A stretch of 63,884 nt of DNA, filler included, from Eubacteriales bacterium (lineage in GTDB: Bacteria > Bacillota > Clostridia > Oscillospirales > CAG-382), in NCBI GenBank assembly GCA_045636665.1. It is 7 parts of 7 records of this genome, joined end to end, with 100 filler letters (N's around TTAATTAATTAA, not from the genome) between each part and the next. Parts side by side here need not be neighbours in the genome. Positions count along the whole stretch, not along the records: positions 55,305 to 59,961 come from JAZTXY010000031.1; positions 60,062 to 61,633 come from JAZTXY010000036.1; positions 61,734 to 63,884 come from JAZTXY010000060.1; 4 more parts are not named here. The stretch is one strand, 5' to 3'. The notes beneath the pieces are model-generated. The model was not told where the DNA came from. It did no database searches and was given only the letters and a program-made list of their open reading frames with translations. The position numbers and the translations under genes are program-made. Shown here piece after piece: positions 57,095 to 63,884 of this stretch; position 1 is the first letter of the stretch; every line of letters starts with the position of its first letter.

Positions 57095-57574
57095 ATGAAA
57101 AAGATGAAATTTGTTTCTGATTTCAAAACCTTTATCACCAAGGGTAATATTCTCGATATGGCAGTCGGTGTTATCATCGGCGGCGCGTTCGGTAAAATCG
57201 TTTCCTCGCTCGTTGCGGATATCATTATGCCTCTCGTCGGCGCACTTTGCAACACCAAATCCTTGGCAGACCTGAAGTACGTTATCACCGAAGCCGTTCC
57301 CGCAAGTGAAGACGGCACCGTTGCCGCTGTTGCCGAGGTTTCGGTAAAATACGGTCAGTTCATTATGTACATCATCGATTTCCTTATCGTTGCGCTTTGT
57401 ATGTTCATCGTTATCAAGATGTTCGTCGGTATGCGTACCAAGGTTGACAACCTTAAGAAGAAGGAAGAAGAAGAGGTTAAGGCAGAAGAAAAGCCTGCTG
57501 AACCTACCGTTGAAGAAAAGACCTTGGCAACCCTTAACGATATCAAGGCACTTCTCGAAAAGAATTCGAAGTAA
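57095..57574 (+). CDS. mscL: Large-conductance mechanosensitive channel
   Basis: FKTFITKGNILDMAVGVIIGGAFGKIVSSLV.DIIMP, YGQFI...DFLI. Confidence 0.96.
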   Translation: MKKMKFVSDFKTFITKGNILDMAVGVIIGGAFGKIVSSLVADIIMPLVGALCNTKSLADLKYVITEAVPASEDGTVAAVAEVSVKYGQFIMYIIDFLIVALCMFIVIKMFVGMRTKVDNLKKKEEEEVKAEEKPAEPTVEEKTLATLNDIKALLEKNSK

Positions 57575-58461
57575 TGAAAAAATATCTTTTGGGTATTGAC
57601 GGCGGAGGAAGCAAAACCGATTTTTTGGTTTGTGACCTCGAGCTTAACGAGGTCGCGCGGAGAATCTCCTCGCGCTCAAATCCCAACGATATAGGCATTG
57701 CCGCACTTGAATCGCTTCTGCGCGAAAACGTTTCGCTTCTTCTGACGGAAAACGGTATCGATAAAGACGAAATCGTTTCTGCCTTTGCAGGAATCGCGGG
57801 GCTGACAAGCGCGGATTACGCAAAAAGGGTAAACGCCTTGCTTACTTCCCTGCTTCCGAACGCTTTCGTCGACGCGCTTCACGACGGGATAAACGTGCTT
57901 TACGGCGCGTTTCCGTTTGATGACGGCGTGAGCGTTATTTGCGGTACCGGCTCGAGCTGTTTTGTAAAGCGCAAGAACGAAATAATCCGTATCGGCGGAT
58001 ACGGAAGCTTTGACCTTATCGGCAACGGCTATGAAATCGGCAGAGCCGGCTTAGCACACGCGTTGCGTACTGCCGACGGCAGAGAAAAAGAAGGCGTTCT
58101 TGAGGAATTGCTTCACAAAAAGCTCGGCGATGATTTTGTTCGTGCGCTTGATAACCTGCTTAAAATGAGCAAGGACGAGCTTGCTTCGTTTGCGCCGACC
58201 GTTTTTGAAGCCGCCGAAAAGGAAGACCCGAACGCATTGGCGATAATCTGCGAAAATATGCGCTATATCGCAACGCTCATTAACCGCGCAGGCGATTATT
58301 TTGAGGGCGATTTCTCTGTGGCGCTTGCAGGCGGAATACTTAATAACGGCATATCCCTTTCGTTCCTGCAAAACGCAGTAACCGACCGCGCCGTTCTTAT
58401 AAAAAGCGACCGCGCCCCCGTTTTCGGCGCCGCCGCAAAAGCTTTGACGCTTGTAAAATAA
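57574..58461 (+). CDS. BadF/BadG-type N-acetylglucosamine/MurNAc kinase-like protein
   Basis: GIDGGGSKT, GIAG, ICGTGS, IGGYG, LAGG. Confidence 0.85.
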   Translation: MKKYLLGIDGGGSKTDFLVCDLELNEVARRISSRSNPNDIGIAALESLLRENVSLLLTENGIDKDEIVSAFAGIAGLTSADYAKRVNALLTSLLPNAFVDALHDGINVLYGAFPFDDGVSVICGTGSSCFVKRKNEIIRIGGYGSFDLIGNGYEIGRAGLAHALRTADGREKEGVLEELLHKKLGDDFVRALDNLLKMSKDELASFAPTVFEAAEKEDPNALAIICENMRYIATLINRAGDYFEGDFSVALAGGILNNGISLSFLQNAVTDRAVLIKSDRAPVFGAAAKALTLVK

Positions 58462-58463
58462 CT

Positions 58464-58494
58464 AAAAAAAGGACTTCCGAATCGGAAGTCCTTT
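58464..58494. terminator. Terminator
   Basis: AAAGGACTTCCGA-A-TCGGAAGTCCTTT. Confidence 0.8.
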
Positions 58495-58498
58495 CTAG

Positions 58499-58527
58499 TT
58501 GACATTTGAATGTCAAAGTGATAGAAT
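58499..58527 (+). promoter_or_regulatory. Sigma-A promoter with an overlapping palindrome
   Basis: TTGACA-17 bp-TAGAAT with extended TG; TTGACATT-TG-AATGTCAA covers the -35 box. Confidence 0.75.
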
Positions 58528-58588
58528 GATATTATTATAGTAACAATTTGAACGCATCCCCCAAAAAAGAAGGAAAGAGAGAAACAAA

Positions 58589-59961
58589 ATGAAACGCTTT
58601 AGCCTTTTCTCTGCAATTTTGTCGGTTGTTTTAATCGTTTCGATGTGCATTCTCCCTGCGGCGGCAACGGTTGCACAGGCGACTGACGACAACTTGGTTT
58701 ATTACCACGGCGACCTTAACGATAACGGCGAGGTCGACAAATTCGACTATATTGTCATTAAGCGTTATTGCATGAAAACCATTACGTTTAATGAAGAACA
58801 GCTTCTTCGCGGTGATATAAACCAAAGCGGCAAAATCGACAAGTTCGACTATATACTTGTCAAACGCCACGTTATGAAGACCTATACTATTCCTATGGTT
58901 TCGAGCTCCTGCAATCACGCGCTTGAGCTTGTTGCCGCAAAGGAAGCGACCTGTACCGAAGACGGTAATATTGCATATTACGATTGCAAAAACTGTGATA
59001 AGCTGTTTTCGGATGCCGATGCAACAAACGAAATCGCTATCTCGAGCACCGTTATTCCCGAAACGGGACATACCGAGGTCATCGACAAGGCTGTCGAGCC
59101 GACCTGCTCGGCAACCGGTCTTACCGAAGGCAAGCACTGCTCGGAATGTAACGCGGTTATTACTGCACAAAAAGAAATCGGCAAGCTTAACCACACTCCC
59201 AATGACCCTACCTGTACCGAAGACCAAATCTGCACCGTATGCAAGGAAGTTATTAAGAGTGCACAGGGTCATATTGCAGGTGTTGACGCTACCTGCACCG
59301 AGGATCAAATATGTACCGTTTGCCAAGCCGTTTTGAAGGAAGCAACGGGACATACCTTGAAATATTTCCCCGAAAAACCGTTTGTAGACGCCAACAACCC
59401 CGGCAACTGCGCTTATTGGCAGTGTGAAAGCTGCAAAAAGTGCTATCTCGACGAAAAGGCAACTCATGAAATTCCTATCGAAGACGTTTCGAGCAAGCTC
59501 TTTAAAATTACATACTTCTGCGACGAAAACAATACAAAGCAAACAATATGGTATAAGGTCGGCGCGGAAATCGAAGACCTCCTTATTCCCGAAATTGACG
59601 GATATAATTTTAAATACTGGCAGGACGGATACGGCAAGCGTGTAAACAGCATTCCTGCAAACAACACCGAAAACATCGAGCTTTATGCGGTGGTTGAGCT
59701 TGAAACCTATACCATCTATTTTGGCGGCACTTGGAAATACGACAACGTTACTTATACCGTAAAAGACCAAGTCGACCTTCCCATACCCGTTGAAGACGGC
59801 TTGACCTTTGGCGGCTGGAGAGATTCGGAGGGCAGAGTTGAAGCCTATACCGATTCCGTCGGAATCCAAAGATGGCGTATCCCCAAAGGAACCACAGGCG
59901 ACGTCGAATTGATGGCGCAATGGAAGGACAACCGAAATTTGGTCGTTCCCGACACAAGAAC
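58589..59961 (+). CDS. Secreted protein with N-terminal dockerin, Cys/His-rich repeats and InlB B-type repeats (partial)
   Basis: Signal peptide; duplicated GD(L/I)N..G..DKFDY...KR; repeated (A/P)TCTED...C..C...GH; P..DGYNFKYW...IELYA and GLTFGGW...DVELMAQW. Confidence 0.82.
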
Positions 59962-60061
59962 NNNNNNNNNNNNNNNNNNNNNNNNNNNNNNNNNNNNNNN
60001 NNNNNTTAATTAATTAANNNNNNNNNNNNNNNNNNNNNNNNNNNNNNNNNNNNNNNNNNNN
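59962..60061. other. Artificial contig linker
   Basis: N44-TTAATTAATTAA-N44. Confidence 0.98.
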
Positions 60062-60803
60062 CGACTTGAACGTCGGGGCGTACCTCGGCAAGACCTGCAA
60101 GGTTGGGCGCAAGCTCGACAAAAACACCGTAATCTTCAATCGAGCGCACGATACCTGCGGCGGTCTGACCGGATGTAAATCTCGAGGCGTTTTCTTCCCA
60201 AGTGCCCAAAAGCTCGCGGTGAGTAAGGGTAATGCGGCCGAATTCGTCGTCGGTGCTTTTAACTACCGCTTTGATTACCTGACCGTTTCTGAATCTGTCG
60301 CGCGGGTGTGAAATACGCGAAACCGACATACAGTCGATGGGAAGCAGTGAAATGATCCCGCATCCTATATCGCAAAACGCGCCGAACGGGTCGAGCCGTG
60401 TGATTTTCGCCTCGATAACGTCACCCTTTGATAACTCGCTTATCTTTTCGCGCATACAGTCGCGTTGCGCTTCGCGGCGTGAACATATTGCAACCGTTTC
60501 GCCACTTTCGTTTTTATCGATTCCTATAACCTTAAAGCAAACCGGCTTGCCAACGCGCGAAATTATCGCAATATCCTTTTCGGGAAGCCCTTTTGCCGTG
60601 TAAACGCATTCGTTACGCGGAATAATGCCTTCAATATCACCGATTTTAACGTGTAAATGGCGGTCGTGATCGCAAAGGTAACCAATGCCCTCAAGTATCA
60701 ATCCGCCGTTCATTGCAGAGGATAGCGTGTCGGCATTTTGTGTGAAATATCGGTTCTTATCGGTTTTCAGCAATTTTCCCTCGTAGCCGTATTCCTGCTT
60801 CAT
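60062..60803 (-). CDS. S1 RNA-binding domain protein (partial)
   Basis: Three S1-like repeats: VGKPVCFKV, FGAFCDIGCG...SRISHP, YGVFVELAPNLAGLAE. Confidence 0.85.
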
Positions 60804-60864
60804 AAATAATTCGCTCCTTAAACTTTAATTCCTTGTTTGATTATATAAAACAGGAGGTCAAACT

Positions 60865-61633
60865 ATGCTTGATAAACTTTCGCAAATCGAAAAAAGATAC
60901 CAAGAAATCGAAGAAAAGCTTTCATCCCCCGAGGTTATGAACGACCTTGAGGGTTATAAGAAGTTTATGAAGGAATATAAAAACCTCGTTCCTATCGTTG
61001 AAAAGTACCGCGAATACAATGCGGCGCTTACCGATATTTCGGATGCCGAGGAAATTCTTTCCATCGAGGACGATGCCGAATTGCGTGCTCTTGCCGAGGA
61101 ACAAAAGAACGAAGCGCGCGCAAAGCTTGAACCGCTTATGGACGAGCTTCGCATTCTGCTTTTGCCTAAAGACCCCAACGATGATAAGAACGTTATTATT
61201 GAAATACGCGGCGGCGCAGGCGGCGGGGAAGCATCGCTTTTTGCGGCTGTTCTTTACAGAATGTATACGATGTACGCCGAAGCATCGGGCTTTAAGACCG
61301 AGCTTTTGAGCGCGAACGAAACCGAGCTTGGCGGTTTTAAGGAAGTATCCTTTATGATCGAGGGCGAGGGCGCATATTCTCGCTTTAAGTTCGAAAGCGG
61401 TGTTCACCGCGTTCAGCGTGTGCCCGAAACCGAAGCACAGGGAAGAATTCAAACCTCCACCGCTACCGTTGCGGTTTTGCCCGAGGTCGAGGACGTCGAT
61501 TTTGAGCTTAATATGGACGAGCTTGAAATAACCCGTCACCGTTCTGCTGGTGCGGGCGGTCAGCACGTAAACAAGACCGAATCTGCGGTAAGAATCATCC
61601 ACATCCCCACGGGTCTCACCGTTGACTGTCAGG
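60865..61633 (+). CDS. prfA: Peptide chain release factor 1 (partial)
   Basis: LLPKDPND, GAGGGEA, ESGVHRVQRVPET (PxT motif of RF1), GAGGQHVNKT. Confidence 0.97.
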
Positions 61634-61733
61634 NNNNNNNNNNNNNNNNNNNNNNNNNNNNNNNNNNNNNNNNNNNNTTAATTAATTAANNNNNNNNNNN
61701 NNNNNNNNNNNNNNNNNNNNNNNNNNNNNNNNN
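61634..61733. other. Artificial contig linker
   Basis: N44-TTAATTAATTAA-N44. Confidence 0.98.
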
Positions 61734-61734
61734 C

Positions 61735-61986
61735 ATCATCTATGCCGCAGGCTACGAAGGCTGCTTCGGTCACGGACTCGGTCACGGCGTTGGTATGGAC
61801 ATCCATGAAGCACCCGGTGTTAACTTTGCTTCGCTGACTCCTTTTGAAGCCGGTCACGTTGTTACTTGCGAGCCGGGCATCTATATTGAGGGAAAATACG
61901 GCGTCAGAATCGAAGATATGGTAGTTTTCCGCGATGGCTATGTCGAAGACATCACAAAATGCCCGAAAAATTTGATTGAATTGTAA
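61735..61986 (+). CDS. C-terminus of an M24 Xaa-Pro aminopeptidase (partial)
   Basis: FGHGLGHGVGMDIHE.P, TCEPGIY, GVRIED; lies upstream of efp as usual in Firmicutes. Confidence 0.92.
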   Translation: MIYAAGYEGCFGHGLGHGVGMDIHEAPGVNFASLTPFEAGHVVTCEPGIYIEGKYGVRIEDMVVFRDGYVEDITKCPKNLIEL

Positions 61987-62003
61987 ACAAAATATTAAAT
62001 CTA

Positions 62004-62032
62004 TTGAAAATCTTTTCCTGTTGTAGTATAAT
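62004..62032 (+). promoter_or_regulatory. Sigma-A promoter of efp
   Basis: TTGAAA-17 bp-TATAAT. Confidence 0.75.
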
Positions 62033-62081
62033 AGGTCGGATATTAAAATAATACTTTATATAAATTCGGAGGATACACACT

Positions 62082-62639
62082 ATGGTAGTAGCTGGCGATT
62101 TTAGAAACGGCGTTACTTTTGAAATGGACGGAAAGGTCTATCAGGTAATTGAGTTCCAGCATGTTAAACCCGGCAAAGGAGCAGCGTTTGTTAGAACCAA
62201 GCTTCGCAACGTAATCACTGGAGGCGTTACCGAAACAACCTTCTCTCCCACAGACAAGTTTGAAAACGCTTACATTGAAAGACGCGAAATGCAGTATCTT
62301 TACAGCGACGGCGATCTTTATTATTTCATGGACATGGAAACTTACGAACAGGAACCCATCGGCGCAGACCTTCTCGGCGATGCATTCAAGTTTGTAAAGG
62401 AAGAAATGCTCGTTAAGGTTCTTTCCTACAAGGGCAAGGCTTTCTCGATCGAACCTCCCATGTTCGTTGAACTCACCGTTACCGAAACCGAACCCGGTTT
62501 TGCAGGTAACACCGCACAGGGCGCTCTTAAGCCCGCAACTCTTGAAACCGGTGCAACCATCAAGGTACCGCTCTTCATCAACATCGGTGATGTTCTGAAG
62601 ATCGACACCAGAACCGGCGAATATCTCTCGAGAGCATAA
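62082..62639 (+). CDS. efp: Elongation factor P
   Basis: [24 protein letters not shown]...[13 protein letters not shown]. Confidence 0.98.
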   Translation: MVVAGDFRNGVTFEMDGKVYQVIEFQHVKPGKGAAFVRTKLRNVITGGVTETTFSPTDKFENAYIERREMQYLYSDGDLYYFMDMETYEQEPIGADLLGDAFKFVKEEMLVKVLSYKGKAFSIEPPMFVELTVTETEPGFAGNTAQGALKPATLETGATIKVPLFINIGDVLKIDTRTGEYLSRA

Positions 62640-62713
62640 TTTTTACGGTACGGTCACGACCCGCCGATTCTGACCGCAACCGAATTTTATTCGGCGGAGA
62701 ATAGGTTGAAACT

Positions 62714-63151
62714 ATGGATAACGCAAAGAAAGTTGCTTACATCAAAGGCTTGATGGACGGCATGAATTTTGAAGCAGACACCCCTGAAAAGAAGCTTCTC
62801 GTAGCGATCGTTGATGCCCTTGAAGGCATTGCTGATTCCCTGCACGCTGTAGAAGAAGATACCCAGTATCTCAGCGAATACATCGAAGAAGTGGATCAGG
62901 ACCTTGGCGACATCGAAGAAGAAGTTTTCGGCTACGATGAAGACGAAGACGATTTCGACGATGACGATTACGATGACGACGAAGAGTTCTATGAGCTTGA
63001 ATGCGAAGCTTGCGGAAAGAAATTCTGCATCAGCGAAGATATGCTCGAACTCGAAAGCATCGAATGCCCCAAGTGCGGTGAGTCGATCGAACTCGACCTT
63101 GAAGTCTGCGACTGCAGCGAATGCGATTGCGATTGCGAAAACTGCGACTAA
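62714..63151 (+). CDS. CD1247-like acidic zinc-ribbon protein
   Basis: KVAYIKGLMDG, D/E-rich linker, CEAC...CPKC, Cys-rich tail; follows efp. Confidence 0.8.
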   Translation: MDNAKKVAYIKGLMDGMNFEADTPEKKLLVAIVDALEGIADSLHAVEEDTQYLSEYIEEVDQDLGDIEEEVFGYDEDEDDFDDDDYDDDEEFYELECEACGKKFCISEDMLELESIECPKCGESIELDLEVCDCSECDCDCENCD

Positions 63152-63163
63152 GAAATAACAATC

Positions 63164-63198
63164 AAAAAAGCAGCTTTCGGTAAGAAAGCTGCTTTTTT
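63164..63198. terminator. Terminator
   Basis: AAAAAAGCAGCTTTC-GGTAA-GAAAGCTGCTTTTTT. Confidence 0.88.
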
Positions 63199-63219
63199 CT
63201 GTAAAGGATGTGTTCACCT

Positions 63220-63884
63220 ATGTCAAACGAAAATCTTTCTAAGCTGATCAGCTGTATCGATACCAGCCCCACAGCGTTTCACGCAGTCGCCACCTCGGAG
63301 GAGATCCTTTTGCAAAACGGCTTTTCCCGTCTTGACGAAGCTTCTTGCGAAACGCTGACCAAAGGCGGAAAATACTTCATCACCCGCAATCATTCGTCTA
63401 TCATTGCTTTTACCCTGCCCGAATGCACACCCACGGGACTGATGATCTGCGCCTCTCACAGCGACTCGCCCTCCTTCAAGGTAAAGCCGAACGCCGAGCT
63501 TGAAACGGTGGGTCAGTATGTGCGCTTAAATACCGAACGCTACGGCGGCATGATCATGCCCTCGTGGTTTGACCGACCTCTCTCTCTTGCCGGCAGAATC
63601 GCCGTGGAAACCGAAGACGGTATTGAAATGCGCCTTGTTAACGTCGACCGCGATCTGCTTGTGATTCCCAACGTTGCCATTCACATGAGCAACACCAATA
63701 ACGGATACAATTACAATGCGAAAACCGATATGATGCCTCTGATGGCAGATATCGATTCGCACACCAAGGTGGTTGACCTTGTTGCCAAGGAATGCGGCAT
63801 TGAGGCCGGCAAAATCATCGGTCACGACCTCTTCCTCTACTGCCGTCAAAAGGGCTGTGTGGTCGGTGCAGACGATGCCTTCTT
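63220..63884 (+). CDS. M18 family aspartyl aminopeptidase (runs off the window)
   Basis: Hand translation MSNENLSKLISCIDTSPTAFHAV..., SHSDSP.FKVKP, YGGMIMPSWFDRPLSLAGR, IPNVAIH; not in the ORF track. Confidence 0.92.
   Translation, partial: MSNENLSKLISCIDTSPTAFHAVATSEEILLQNGFSRLDEASCETLTKGGKYFITRNHSSIIAFTLPECTPTGLMICASHSDSPSFKVKPNAELETVGQYVRLNTERYGGMIMPSWFDRPLSLAGRIAVETEDGIEMRLVNVDRDLLVIPNVAIHMSNTNNGYNYNAKTDMMPLMADIDSHTKVVDLVAKECGIEAGKIIGHDLFLYCRQKGCVVGADDAF

Noticed and set aside
60062..60067. CGACTT at a contig end as a second adapter remnant
   Set aside because: Only 6 nt, and it fits the S1 protein reading frame (Q-V); cannot be distinguished from genomic sequence.
60804..60864. Very short divergent spacer between the S1-domain gene and prfA, with a weak hairpin over the prfA RBS
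   Set aside because: No convincing promoter pair or stable structure; too little evidence for a regulatory claim.
27610..61733. Six identical TTAATTAATTAA motifs flanked by N runs, and ORFs reading through X stretches
   Set aside because: Fixed 100-nt artificial linkers between contigs; not a biological repeat, and gene fusions or adjacency across them are meaningless.

Overview
Genomic DNA from an anaerobic Firmicute (Clostridia, probably an uncultured Oscillospirales/Ruminococcaceae-like gut or rumen organism; inferred from gene content, sigma-A promoters, a T-box and a dockerin). The window is seven contig pieces joined by six artificial 100-nt linkers (N44-TTAATTAATTAA-N44), so adjacency across gaps means nothing and many edge genes are partial. 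One contig end retains an MGI/DNBSEQ adapter that creates a false priA stop. Content is mostly housekeeping and metabolic: rpsB end, tsf, tRNA-Leu(CAG), trpB with a Trp T-box, three M42 peptidases, murD, RNase P RNA, sigH-like, deoC-cdd-pdp, GH36, mgtE, ung, yloC-remA-rpoZ-priA, prfA, efp. No CRISPR array, integrase, transposase or rRNA was seen. Most notable: (1) a strong-RBS 26-codon leader ORF overlapping an attenuator-like hairpin upstream of mgtE; (2) a 3.1-kb TraB-lipoprotein cassette bounded by a 45-bp direct repeat, whose junction fuses diverged 3' ends of both flanking genes, as expected from integration of a small circle without an integrase; (3) an hfs-type H2-sensing operon with two ferredoxins and ldh placed between the phosphatase and the catalytic [FeFe]-hydrogenase; (4) a P-type ATPase homologue with all visible catalytic motifs degenerate; (5) a cysteine-free thioredoxin; (6) a DUF5685/J-domain module with isoprenoid-synthase-like motifs; (7) two REP-like hairpin clusters. 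All family calls come from motif recognition, not database searches.
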